From NCBI GenBank assembly GCA_947178475.1, contig CAMWYM010000003.1, positions 3,358-67,357 on the forward strand: a stretch of 64,000 nucleotides of DNA, in the 5' to 3' direction. The notes under the pieces were generated by a model. It was not told the DNA's origin. It saw only the letters and a program-made list of their open reading frames with translations, and made no database searches. This document shows, piece after piece, positions 38,419 to 47,753 of the stretch. The position numbers were made by a program, and so were the translations under genes. This DNA is from an uncultured Clostridium sp. (GTDB lineage Bacteria; Bacillota; Clostridia; Lachnospirales; Lachnospiraceae). How positions within the stretch are numbered: position 1 is the stretch's first letter; each line of letters starts with the position of its first letter.

Positions 38419-39364
38419 GCTTTGCCGCCCCCTTTCCAAAAGCTTTTGGAACGGTAACCCGTTCAATTAATGGGACTAACAGATTAGACAGGATAATCGC
38501 ATAGGATACCCCCTCTGCCGAGCCACCATAAATTCTAAACAGGAAGGTCAGAAAACCTAATAAAATACCGAAAATGATTTTGCCATTAGGTGTAATCGGT
38601 GAAGTCACATAATCCGTTGCCATAAAAAATGCCCCCAGCATCAGACCTCCGCCAAACAGATGTGCAAGTAAAAAGGCAAGGTCAATTCCCTTCCCCGTTG
38701 CCAGTGCATATATCATGATAAATACGGAAAAGGAACCAATATAGAACACCGGAATCCTGAAGTTAATTACCCGCCGGAAAATGAGAACGAGACCGCCAAT
38801 GATCAGAGCGGCTGCGGAGGTTTCACCAATGGTTCCTGCTGTCGTCCCCAAAAGCATGGACAATACATCCACACTCTCTCCTGCCTTCAACTGTGCTAAA
38901 GGAGTAGCCGTTGTCACCGCATCATAGGTAAAGGTGGTCATCCTCCCAGTAAAAGAAATTAGCAAAAAGCATCTGGCGCCCAGCGCAGGATTCATAAAAT
39001 TCTGTCCCAGCCCTCCAAACAACTGTTTAACTACAATAATGGCAAAGAAGCTGCCGAGTACCGGAATCCAGAACGGAACCTCTGAAGGCAGGTTAAGAGC
39101 CAGTAACAGCCCTGTCAATACAGCAGATAAATCCATAACGGTCACCTTTGCCCCGATTAATTTCTGATAACCTGCTTCAAAAATAACACAGCTTACTACC
39201 GTAATGAGAATGATTCCAAGTGCTCTGACTCCAAAATTATATATACCAAAAATAGCTGCAGGCATCAGGGCTACAATGACCTGTCCCATCAAATTTGTTG
39301 TAGTCTCCCTATCCCTGATATGCGGGGAAGAAGAAATCTTCATCGTCTGTTCCAAAATGTCCAC
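38411..39364 (-). CDS. rnfD: Rnf complex subunit D
   Basis: Polytopic, with ..SSSPHIRD.. near the N-terminus and ..DAVTTATPL.. as the flavinylation site. The exact start is unclear: GTG at 39364, TTG at 39355 or ATG at 39343. Confidence 0.9.
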   Translation of the reverse strand: MDILEQTMKISSSPHIRDRETTTNLMGQVIVALMPAAIFGIYNFGVRALGIILITVVSCVIFEAGYQKLIGAKVTVMDLSAVLTGLLLALNLPSEVPFWIPVLGSFFAIIVVKQLFGGLGQNFMNPALGARCFLLISFTGRMTTFTYDAVTTATPLAQLKAGESVDVLSMLLGTTAGTIGETSAAALIIGGLVLIFRRVINFRIPVFYIGSFSVFIMIYALATGKGIDLAFLLAHLFGGGLMLGAFFMATDYVTSPITPNGKIIFGILLGFLTFLFRIYGGSAEGVSYAIILSNLLVPLIERVTVPKAFGKGAAKHE

Positions 39365-39367
39365 CTC

Positions 39368-40690
39368 CTATCGTTTTTTGTTTGCAAGTATCTGTTTACG
39401 GGTTCCTGCAATAATCTGGGTTAAATGCCGTTTTGCCGGGCATACATAAGAACAGCACCCGCACTCACAACACTCCATGCCATCACATTTTACAAATTCC
39501 TCTAAAGCACCATTACTTGCCAGTGTTGCCAGCTTATTGGGCATCACCCTTCCCGGACAGACTTCAACACACCGTCCACACCGGATACAGTTAGAAGGTG
39601 TCGATTCCTCTACAATATCCTCTCTGAAACAGAGCAACGCAGAGGAACCCTTAACAATAGGAACATCTAAAGTAAACATTGCTTTTCCCATCATCGGACC
39701 ACCAGAAATAATCTTGGCAGGGTCTTCAATGTTAAAACCACCCACTGCATCAATCAGCTCTCTGGCATTTGTACCTATCCTTACCCGAAAATTTGCGGTA
39801 TCCTCCACCGCATCACCGGTTACTGTAACTATGCGCTCATACAGCGGTCGCCCTTCAATCAGCGCATTATAAATGGCGGTGATGGTATCAATATTGTGAA
39901 CAATACAGCCTGCATCGGCGGGCAGCATTGACGAATTAATCTGCCGTCCGGTATTTGCAAAAATAAGCTGCCGCTCTGCTCCCTGCGGATATTTTGTCTT
40001 TACCGCATTCACCGTAATATTGTCAATGCTATCCGTAAGCTCCCTAAGTTTCTTAATCGCCTCCGGTTTATTATCTTCAACGGCAATAATACCCTTTGCA
40101 TGGTCAAATAGATTGATGACAATCTGTAAACCGGTGACAATCTTCTCCGGAGTTTCTAACATCCTTCGGTAATCTGAGGTCAGATAGGGTTCACACTCTG
40201 CACCGTTGACAATAATCGTATCTATCTCATCCTCATTTTTTGGGGAAAGCTTCACATGAGTTGGAAATCCTGCTCCTCCCATACCAACGATTCCGGCTTC
40301 CTTGATAGCATCCTTTACATCCTCCCTGTACATCTGGTCAAGAGGTTTGATATTCTGCGAAAAGTCTATCTCCTCAAATAAACCGTCATTTTCAATGATT
40401 ATGGAATTAATCTTTGTTCCTCCCACCGTCATTCTGGGTTCAATTGCCTTAACCTGTCCGGAAACACCGGAATGGATATTGGCAGATACAAAGCCTCCTG
40501 CCTCTGCGATTTTCTGACCCACCAAAACATGGTCACCCTTTTTCACTATTGGAACTGCCGGTGCACCAATATGCTGGGACAACGGGTACACCGCATCCCC
40601 CTTAGGCAGATAATCCGTAATCGCCTTGTCCTTGGATAAATCCTTTCCGTCATACGGGTGAATTCCCCCCGAAAATGTCAATAACCCCAT
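39368..40690 (-). CDS. rnfC: Rnf complex subunit C (NADH-binding, 4Fe-4S)
   Basis: MGLLTFSGGIHPYDGKD.., ..GMGGAGFPTHVK.. and two CxxCxxCxxxCP motifs. The ATG at 40690 follows gaaggaagg. The track's 44-aa N-terminal extension is unlikely. Confidence 0.9.
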   Translation of the reverse strand: MGLLTFSGGIHPYDGKDLSKDKAITDYLPKGDAVYPLSQHIGAPAVPIVKKGDHVLVGQKIAEAGGFVSANIHSGVSGQVKAIEPRMTVGGTKINSIIIENDGLFEEIDFSQNIKPLDQMYREDVKDAIKEAGIVGMGGAGFPTHVKLSPKNEDEIDTIIVNGAECEPYLTSDYRRMLETPEKIVTGLQIVINLFDHAKGIIAVEDNKPEAIKKLRELTDSIDNITVNAVKTKYPQGAERQLIFANTGRQINSSMLPADAGCIVHNIDTITAIYNALIEGRPLYERIVTVTGDAVEDTANFRVRIGTNARELIDAVGGFNIEDPAKIISGGPMMGKAMFTLDVPIVKGSSALLCFREDIVEESTPSNCIRCGRCVEVCPGRVMPNKLATLASNGALEEFVKCDGMECCECGCCSYVCPAKRHLTQIIAGTRKQILANKKR

Positions 40691-40860
40691 ATACCTTACC
40701 TTCCTTCTATTTTCATTGCCTGATACGCAAAAGCTGCGCACATGATTATCCTTTAACATCACATATATATTGTAAAGGAAAACAAAGAAAAATACAACCA
40801 TTACCATACTGCTGCCCTGCACTTTATTCTAATATAAACAGTCAAGACAGCAGACCACCG

Positions 40861-40907
40861 AAAAAGGACACCAAAGCATCTTTACGACTGCTCCGGCGTC
40901 CTTTTTT
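40861..40907 (-). terminator. Rho-independent terminator downstream of the Gx-transporter gene
   Basis: On the minus strand, aaaaaaggacgcc ... ggtgtccttttt forms a 9-bp stem with one G-U pair, followed by a U-run. Confidence 0.6.
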
Positions 40908-40941
40908 CTATTCATATAAATATATCGTTTAATTCTGACTC

Positions 40942-41448
40942 TTATCTATTTTCATCTGGAAAACCTTTTTGCCACCTTCTAATCACCGCTCCACTAACTA
41001 TACCAATCACAATACCGGACAACATACCGGATATGGCCAGTACAGGAAAATAATATAAAATATGTGCATTCTTCATCACAAACCATGCAACCAGTATCTG
41101 TCCCATATTATGGGCAAGAGCGCCCGTTATACTGACACCGGCAACAGAAAAAAAAGACAGCCTTTTTGTAAGGCACATAACGGCAATACAGCAGCTCCCA
41201 CCTGCAAAGCTATAGATAATGCCAGAAATTCCGGAAAATAAAAAGCCAGCCATTGCCACCCGCAGCACCATAAAGAAAAATGCTGGTTTGCCACCTCTTA
41301 AGTAAAGCACCAGCATTGTGATTATATTAGCAAGACCAAGCTTTACTCCCGGCACAGCCACCATCACCGGAAGCAGACTCTCCAAATATGCCAGCACCAA
41401 TGACAAAGCCAGCAGCAGTCCCAATTCTGTAACCTGTCGTGTTTTCAT
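40942..41448 (-). CDS. Gx transporter family protein (Hpre_diP_synt_I-type membrane protein)
   Basis: 168 aa, polytopic. The sequence ..LALSLVLAYLESLLPVMVAVPGVKLGLANI.. is typical of this family. Confidence 0.7.
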   Translation of the reverse strand: MKTRQVTELGLLLALSLVLAYLESLLPVMVAVPGVKLGLANIITMLVLYLRGGKPAFFFMVLRVAMAGFLFSGISGIIYSFAGGSCCIAVMCLTKRLSFFSVAGVSITGALAHNMGQILVAWFVMKNAHILYYFPVLAISGMLSGIVIGIVSGAVIRRWQKGFPDENR

Positions 41449-41464
41449 ATATCTATACTTCCAT

Positions 41465-41530
41465 TTTTGTAATCAATTTTGCTTTGCAGATTCCATTTGC
41501 TTCAATAGCCGCCAAATACGTGCGACAGCC
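41465..41530. repeat. Intergenic repeat family, copy B
   Basis: ttttgtaatcaattttgctttgcagattccatttgcttcaatagccgccaaatacgtgcgacagc aligns to copy A. It fills most of the 96-nt gap between the NusG-II and Gx genes. Confidence 0.7.
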
Positions 41531-41544
41531 CTGTTTGCCTCCTG

Positions 41545-41946
41545 TCAATTGTCAATATCATTGCTTTGAGTACTCTCCACCTCGACAATCACCTTATTCG
41601 GCAGACAGATTATGCTTTCCCCATTTTTGGAGATTGCCCTGTGATGTACACAAATCTGGTCCGGGCAGTCAGCCAAAGCCATATAGACCTGCCCTCCCTT
41701 AATGACAATACTGTTGCAAACACTGTCTCCGTTTTTCAACGAAATGGTTCTGTCCGTCCTAAGCGAATACCCGGAGGTCTGTCCGTCCACCGTAACCAGT
41801 ACCCGTTCTCCCTCCGACTGTCCTGCGGCAATCAAAAACGAAAACAAAGCCACCACGGTCACACATACGACAAGCACCACGTCTCCCTTTTTTATTGTAT
41901 ATTGCCCGACCTTTCTCCTCAAGTGACCACCCTTAAACGACATCAT
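41545..41946 (-). CDS. NusG domain II-containing (DUF1312-like) membrane-anchored protein
   Basis: 133 aa with an N-terminal TM helix and a small beta-rich domain (..CPDQICVHH..IICLPNKVIVEV..). It pairs with a Gx transporter gene, as is typical. Confidence 0.65.
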   Translation of the reverse strand: MMSFKGGHLRRKVGQYTIKKGDVVLVVCVTVVALFSFLIAAGQSEGERVLVTVDGQTSGYSLRTDRTISLKNGDSVCNSIVIKGGQVYMALADCPDQICVHHRAISKNGESIICLPNKVIVEVESTQSNDIDN

Positions 41947-43034
41947 TTATTCTCCAGCTGATACTCCTCTGACTGCAGCCGGAATTTCTTTTTGAGTCCA
42001 CTGGTTATATACACCTTTTTATCTGTCGTGACAAAGACTGCCTCCACACCTTTTTTCTCTGCATATTTAAGTCCCTTCTCTGTTCCCATGACAAAACATG
42101 CAGTAGACAGTGCATCAGACAAAAATCCGCTTTCACTTATTACCGTCACAGATATCAGCCCATTGTCTACCGGATATCCGGTAGCGGGATCAATAATATG
42201 GTGATAACGTTTTCCGTTTTGCTCAAAATATTTCTCATAATCACCGGATGTGGAAATCACAACACCGCCCTCCACATCTAAGACGGCAAACATTTTTCCC
42301 TCTTCGGCCCTGGGGTTCTGTATACCGATATGCCAGTTTCTTCCGTCCCCTTTATCACCGTATGCCAATACACTTCCTCCCACAGAAATAACAGCTCCCC
42401 TGACATTTGTTCCCTGAAGCTTCTCTCTGACCAAATCACAGGCAATTCCCTTTCCTACAGCCCCGAAATCAATGGCCATCCTCTCTTCATAAAAAATGAT
42501 TCCGCTATCGACAATCTCAACATTCTCTGCATTTATGCATTTAAGCGCCGCCTCTATCTCCTCCGGCTCCGGAATCCTTGCTTCCCCGTCTTCAATTCCC
42601 CAAAGATCAGCAAGCGGACGAATACACGGAGAAAATGCCCCCTTTGTGTCCTCCCAAATCTGAAACTCTTCTTTGAGGTATTCCATTATATCGTCAGAAA
42701 AAGTATAAATTCCGTTTACCGCATAATTGCGGTTACAGCTTGCCACCTCGGACCCAGCTTCCCTTACTGAAATTCTGCCCTCAAGCTCCGTCAGACAGCT
42801 ATCAATCATTTTATCGATCGACTCATTCTGTGATGCATCCTCTGTATATAAGGTTTTTTTGATGGCAGTTCCCATTGCCAGACCGGAAAAGGTCTGCGAT
42901 TCAATGGAAACATCCTTCATATTCTTTGTACGGATTCCGAAATAGACCATGGAACCAATAAACAAAACAGCAACAATGGCTGTAATGGCATGTCTGTATT
43001 TTGCTATATATTTAATCACCATGCTAAATTTCAC
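41943..43034 (-). CDS. apbE: FAD:protein FMN transferase (ApbE family) lipoprotein or anchored protein
   Basis: 363 aa with ..DFGAVGKGIACD.., ..GGSVLAYG.. and ..STSGDYEKYF..YHHIIDPATG.. motifs. The start is either the GTG at 43034 (4-nt overlap with fabZ) or the ATG at 43022. Confidence 0.85.
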   Translation of the reverse strand: MKFSMVIKYIAKYRHAITAIVAVLFIGSMVYFGIRTKNMKDVSIESQTFSGLAMGTAIKKTLYTEDASQNESIDKMIDSCLTELEGRISVREAGSEVASCNRNYAVNGIYTFSDDIMEYLKEEFQIWEDTKGAFSPCIRPLADLWGIEDGEARIPEPEEIEAALKCINAENVEIVDSGIIFYEERMAIDFGAVGKGIACDLVREKLQGTNVRGAVISVGGSVLAYGDKGDGRNWHIGIQNPRAEEGKMFAVLDVEGGVVISTSGDYEKYFEQNGKRYHHIIDPATGYPVDNGLISVTVISESGFLSDALSTACFVMGTEKGLKYAEKKGVEAVFVTTDKKVYITSGLKKKFRLQSEEYQLENK

Positions 43035-43456
43035 CCAATCATAAACGATATTTCTGCCTTACAGGCGGTCTTTCCATTTACCGAAGCAGTAACCGCACCG
43101 ACACCAAGAGGCCCCTTTACCTTGATAATCTCACACTCCAAATCCAGACGATCCCCGGGAACTACCTTCTGTTTAAATTTGGCACTATTCACCCCTGCAA
43201 AATATGCAGTCTTACCCTTGTTCTCCTCCTGGGATAACACGGCAACTGCTCCAAGCTGTGCCAAAGCCTCCAGTTGAAGTACTCCCGGCATAACCGGCTC
43301 CTGTGGAAAATGTCCTGCAAAATAAGGCTCATTATAGGAAACATTCTTATATCCTTTAATGGATTTTCCCGGCACTAATTCCGTCACATGGTCAATCAAA
43401 AGAAACGGCTGCCTATGAGGAATAATTTCCATAATCTGTTTAATATCTAATTCCAT
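43031..43456 (-). CDS. fabZ: 3-hydroxyacyl-ACP dehydratase FabZ
   Basis: 141 aa with ..IPHRQPFLLID.. and ..YFAGHFPQEPVMPGVL.. Confidence 0.95.
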   Translation of the reverse strand: MELDIKQIMEIIPHRQPFLLIDHVTELVPGKSIKGYKNVSYNEPYFAGHFPQEPVMPGVLQLEALAQLGAVAVLSQEENKGKTAYFAGVNSAKFKQKVVPGDRLDLECEIIKVKGPLGVGAVTASVNGKTACKAEISFMIG

Positions 43457-43504
43457 TGTCTTTTCTCTCCTGTTCTCTATAAATATCCCTGATAATTGCG
43501 GCTA

Positions 43505-44746
43505 TTAGTCCTTATATTTTCTGACCACTAAGGTTGCATTGTGCCCGCCAAATCCAAGAGAATTTGTCATACATACATCAACATCCTTAGAAATCCCGTG
43601 GTCTTTTACATAATTAAGAGAAAATTCCTCCGGATCTTCCACCTCACGCAATCCTACATTTTCATGAATATAGCCGTCTTCAATAGATTTAACACAGGTA
43701 ATAAATTCAACACCTCCTGCTGCTCCTAACAAATGTCCCACCATTGACTTGGTCGAGCTTATCAGCACATCATTTTGCGCATCCTTCATGGCAATCTTAA
43801 TTGCCCTTGTCTCAAATAAATCATTGTGATGAGTAGATGTACCATGTGCATTGATATAATCCACCTCAGACGGGTCAACACCCGCATCCTTCATGGCATA
43901 TATCATGGCATTGGCAGCACCCATTCCATCCTCTGCCGGAGAGGTAATATGGTAGGCATCCGATGTTGCACTATAGCCTACAATTTCTGCCAGAATCTTT
44001 GCTCCTCTTGCCTTTGCGTGCTCTAATTCCTCTAAGACAACCACACCGGCACCTTCTCCGAGAACAAAGCCTGCTCTGTCCTTATCAAAAGGAATAGATG
44101 CACGACTGCAGTCTTCCGTAGTATTCAGTGCCGTAAGGGCAGAAAAACCACCGACTACAATCGGAGTGACACAGGCCTCTGCTCCTCCTGCCACCATGAC
44201 ATCCGCATCACCATATTGAATGGTACGGAATGCCTCACCAATATTATGGGTTCCCGTTGCACAGGCAGTTACCACATTGATGGACTTACCCTTTAAGCCA
44301 AAGTAAATAGATACATTACCACTTGCCATATTGGAAATCATCATCGGCACTAACAATGGCTCAATTCTTGCAGGTCCCTTTTCGTTTAATCTCTTAATGT
44401 TTCTTTCGACAGACTGAAGACTTCCTGTTCCTGAACCGACAGCAGTTCCTACACGGTAAGGGTCTTCCTTCTCCATGTCGATACCTGACTGCTCCAGCGC
44501 CTCCTTTGCTGCCGCTACAGCATACTGTGAAAATAATTCCATACGTTTTGCAGTCTTGGAATCCATATAGTCCTTCCCTGCAAAGCCCTTTACCTCTGCA
44601 GCAATTTTGGCCTTAAATTCAGAAGCATCAAATTTGGAAATGGGTTCAATACCAACCTTGCCTTCTTTTACACTGCTCCAAAATTCATCTACACTTAACC
44701 CAATAGGCGTAATCGCGCCCATTCCTGTTACAACAACTCTTCTCAT
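43505..44746 (-). CDS. fabF: 3-oxoacyl-ACP synthase II
   Basis: 413 aa with ..TACATGTH.. (active-site Cys), ..NAHGTST.. and ..NSLGFGGHNA.. Confidence 0.95.
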   Translation of the reverse strand: MRRVVVTGMGAITPIGLSVDEFWSSVKEGKVGIEPISKFDASEFKAKIAAEVKGFAGKDYMDSKTAKRMELFSQYAVAAAKEALEQSGIDMEKEDPYRVGTAVGSGTGSLQSVERNIKRLNEKGPARIEPLLVPMMISNMASGNVSIYFGLKGKSINVVTACATGTHNIGEAFRTIQYGDADVMVAGGAEACVTPIVVGGFSALTALNTTEDCSRASIPFDKDRAGFVLGEGAGVVVLEELEHAKARGAKILAEIVGYSATSDAYHITSPAEDGMGAANAMIYAMKDAGVDPSEVDYINAHGTSTHHNDLFETRAIKIAMKDAQNDVLISSTKSMVGHLLGAAGGVEFITCVKSIEDGYIHENVGLREVEDPEEFSLNYVKDHGISKDVDVCMTNSLGFGGHNATLVVRKYKD

Positions 44747-44806
44747 TATCTGCTCTCCTTTTACTATATTATCTTTTACACTATGTACATCTGTCTGAAG
44801 AAACAG

Positions 44807-45547
44807 TCAGACACTCATACCACCATCTACACAGATTACCTGTCCTGTAATATAAGAAGCCTTATCTGATGCGAGAAATGCCACCATTTCCGCAACATCC
44901 TCCACCTGTCCTAACCGTTTCATTGCAATACGGTCTGCAACCTGCTGTTTTGCCTCTTCCGGCATTGCATCTGTCATTTCAGTAACAATAAATCCAGGCG
45001 CCACAGCATTGACTGCAATACCTCTTGAACCCAGCTCCTTTGCCACTGACTTGGTAATACCGATCACACCTGCTTTAGAGGCAGAATAGTTCACCTGTCC
45101 TCCATTGCCATAGACACCTACTACACTGGAAAGATTAATAATCCTTCCGCTCTTCTGCTTAAGCATCTGCCGAGAAATGTGTTTAATACAGTTGAATGTT
45201 CCTTTCAGGTTGATATCCAATACTGCATCATAATCCTCCTCGGTCATCTTCATCAACAGCCCGTCCTTTGTAATGCCAGCATTATTGACTAATATATCAA
45301 TGCGTCCGTATTCCTTTACCAGCTCTTTCATCATTGTCTCTACTGCTCCATAATCAGAGACATTACAACCATATGTAGCAGCCTTTCCGCCTTTTGCCGT
45401 GATATCGGAGACAACCTCCTCTGCCTTTTCCTTGCTGCCATTATAATTCACGATTACTGTCGCACCATAGGAAGCAAGTGTAATCGCTGTCTGTCTTCCG
45501 ATTCCTCTGCTTGCTCCGGTAACCAACGCAATTTTACCTTCTAACAT
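44807..45547 (-). CDS. fabG: 3-oxoacyl-ACP reductase
   Basis: 246 aa SDR with [13 protein letters not shown] and YSASKAG motifs. Confidence 0.9.
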   Translation of the reverse strand: MLEGKIALVTGASRGIGRQTAITLASYGATVIVNYNGSKEKAEEVVSDITAKGGKAATYGCNVSDYGAVETMMKELVKEYGRIDILVNNAGITKDGLLMKMTEEDYDAVLDINLKGTFNCIKHISRQMLKQKSGRIINLSSVVGVYGNGGQVNYSASKAGVIGITKSVAKELGSRGIAVNAVAPGFIVTEMTDAMPEEAKQQVADRIAMKRLGQVEDVAEMVAFLASDKASYITGQVICVDGGMSV

Positions 45548-45579
45548 AATTCCTCCTTTATGTCTGCTATGTGTTCAGC

Positions 45580-46506
45580 CTACAAACCTAATACTTCTTT
45601 TACCTTATCAAGGTCCTCATATTTGTCAACATTGACAATCGTTACCTCTTTGTTAATCTTTTTGACAAAAGAAGATAAAGTTTTTCCTGGTCCAATCTCA
45701 ACAAAAGTATCTACACCATCAGCCAGCATAGCCTCCACACACTGAATCCATTTAACCGAATTGGAAACCTGCGTTGCCAAAAGCTCCTTAACCTGATTCT
45801 TATCTGTTACAAATCCACCGGTCACATTAGTTACATACGGAATGGCAATATCATGAATCTCCACATTCTCTAATTCCTTCGCCAGCTTTTCACCTGCACC
45901 TTCAAGCATTGGAGAATGGAAAGGTCCACTTACATTTAACGGAATACACCTCTTAGCCCCTGCCTCTTTAAGAAGCTCACATGCCTTATCTACTGCTGCC
46001 TTCTCGCCAGAAATCGCAATTTGTCCGGGACAGTTATAATTAGCAATACCTACAATACCATCCACCTTTTCCAATACCTCTAAAATCTTATCTGCATCCA
46101 TTGCAATAATGGCAGCCATTCCACCCTGTCCGGCGGGAACTTCATCCTGCATATAAATGCCGCGCTTCCGGACAACCTTGGCACAGTCTTCAAAATCCAT
46201 AACACCAGACGCAACCAATGCAGTATATTCTCCCAGAGATAATCCTCCTGTCACATCCGGCTTTACTCCTAAATCAAGTACTGCCTGCATCATTGCCGCC
46301 TCTGCTGTCAGCATTGCAATCTGCGTGTATTCGGTAATGTTAATGTTATCATTCTCCTCAAAGCACAGTGCTTCAATATCCAAACCCACTGCTCTGGAGG
46401 CAGTCTCAAAAATCTCCCTGCTCTTTTCATTGTTGTCATAGAATTCCTTGCCCATTCCAACATACTGTGCTCCCTGACCCGGGAACATAAATGCAATTTT
46501 ACCCAT
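45580..46506 (-). CDS. fabD: Malonyl-CoA:ACP transacylase
   Basis: 308 aa with FPGQGAQ, GLSLGEY and ..SGPFHSPML.. motifs. Confidence 0.95.
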   Translation of the reverse strand: MGKIAFMFPGQGAQYVGMGKEFYDNNEKSREIFETASRAVGLDIEALCFEENDNINITEYTQIAMLTAEAAMMQAVLDLGVKPDVTGGLSLGEYTALVASGVMDFEDCAKVVRKRGIYMQDEVPAGQGGMAAIIAMDADKILEVLEKVDGIVGIANYNCPGQIAISGEKAAVDKACELLKEAGAKRCIPLNVSGPFHSPMLEGAGEKLAKELENVEIHDIAIPYVTNVTGGFVTDKNQVKELLATQVSNSVKWIQCVEAMLADGVDTFVEIGPGKTLSSFVKKINKEVTIVNVDKYEDLDKVKEVLGL

Positions 46507-46526
46507 TTTTATCCTCCATCACTCTT

Positions 46527-47555
46527 CTATTCTTTTTCCTGTGTCTCTTCTGTATCCTCTTCCTCATTCTCAGGAATTTCCGGTGTAGGCAGCCCCCATA
46601 CAAGTGCCTGTGCTCCCCATGTAAGCCCTCCACCAAAACCGCAAAGAACAAGCTTATCTCCCGGCTTTAACTTAGCTGTACGATTCATCTCATCTAACAA
46701 AATCGGAACTGACGCACTACTTGTATTACCACAGTGATCCACATTCATCGGAAATTTCTCTATGGGAATTTCCATTTTTTTGGAAACAGAATTAATAATC
46801 CTTGCATTCGCCTGATGCAGCACATAGTAATCGATATCCTCTTTTGTCCAATTTGCCCGCTCTAATAACAGATTAATACAAGCCGGAACCTTGCGGACTG
46901 CAAATTTAAAGATATCCGGTCCTATCATCTGAATATAATGCTTGTCTTCTGTCTTACGATTAAGGAAATTACGTGTAGAGCGCTCTTTACATTTCAGCGA
47001 CATACCATTAGAACCATCACTTCTGGTCACACTGCTCACTATACCCTGATCACGATTTGCAACAATGGCGGCACCCGCACCGTCCGCAAAGAGAATACAG
47101 GTTGAACGATCTTTCCAGTCCACCATTTTGGACAATGTTTCTGAACCAATGACCAGTGCTGTTTTTGCCAAGCCGGCAGTAATATAGGCATCCGCTGTCT
47201 GTAGAGCGTAAACAAAACCGGAGCAGGCAGCGTTCACATCAAAACATGTAGCGTTAGTTGCACCAATCTTATCCTGTACGATACAGGACATACTCGGTGT
47301 TGCTCTCTCCGGCGAAAGAGTTGCAAATACAATTAAATCAATCTCTTTGGGATCAATGCCTGCATTCTCTATCGCAGCCAGGGAAGCCTCTGCTCCCATA
47401 TAAGATGTAGTTTCATCTGTTGCAATATGACGTTCCACAATGCCTGTATGCTCCCTAATCCATTCATCATTTGTTTTTACCATTTTTGCCAAATCATCAT
47501 TAGTTATAATGGTCGGCGGTAAAAAGCTTCCCGTTCCAATAATTCCTGTCGCCAT
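46527..47555 (-). CDS. fabH: 3-oxoacyl-ACP synthase III, with a short acidic C-terminal tail
   Basis: MATGIIGTGSFLP.., ..AACSGFVYAL.., ..HQANARI.., ..GNTSSAS.. The ATG at 47555 follows gagggtg. Confidence 0.9.
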   Translation of the reverse strand: MATGIIGTGSFLPPTIITNDDLAKMVKTNDEWIREHTGIVERHIATDETTSYMGAEASLAAIENAGIDPKEIDLIVFATLSPERATPSMSCIVQDKIGATNATCFDVNAACSGFVYALQTADAYITAGLAKTALVIGSETLSKMVDWKDRSTCILFADGAGAAIVANRDQGIVSSVTRSDGSNGMSLKCKERSTRNFLNRKTEDKHYIQMIGPDIFKFAVRKVPACINLLLERANWTKEDIDYYVLHQANARIINSVSKKMEIPIEKFPMNVDHCGNTSSASVPILLDEMNRTAKLKPGDKLVLCGFGGGLTWGAQALVWGLPTPEIPENEEEDTEETQEKE

Positions 47556-47606
47556 AACACCCTCGTCTTTCTGCAAATTCTTGCGCTCAAAATATTATCA
47601 ATATTC

Positions 47607-47642
47607 AACAATAGACTCATACCAAAATATGAGTCTATTGTT
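47607..47642 (-). promoter_or_regulatory. Perfect 15-bp inverted repeat with a 6-nt spacer in the fab leader (operator or 5'-UTR hairpin)
   Basis: aacaatagactcata (47607-47621), ccaaaa, tatgagtctattgtt (47628-47642). It starts about 16 nt downstream of the -10 box and ends about 52 nt upstream of the fabH ATG. Confidence 0.6.
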
Positions 47643-47657
47643 CAAAAACACAAATAA

Positions 47658-47686
47658 ATTATAGGCTATAAATGTTGTTTTGTCAA
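47658..47686 (-). promoter_or_regulatory. Consensus sigma-A promoter of the fab operon
   Basis: On the minus strand: TTGACA (47686-47681), a 17-nt spacer, then TATAAT (47663-47658). Confidence 0.75.
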
Positions 47687-47753
47687 CACTAACTGATTTT
47701 TCGTCTTTTATTTATTTTTTTTGACTCTTTTCACTAATATATCTGACTGTGGC

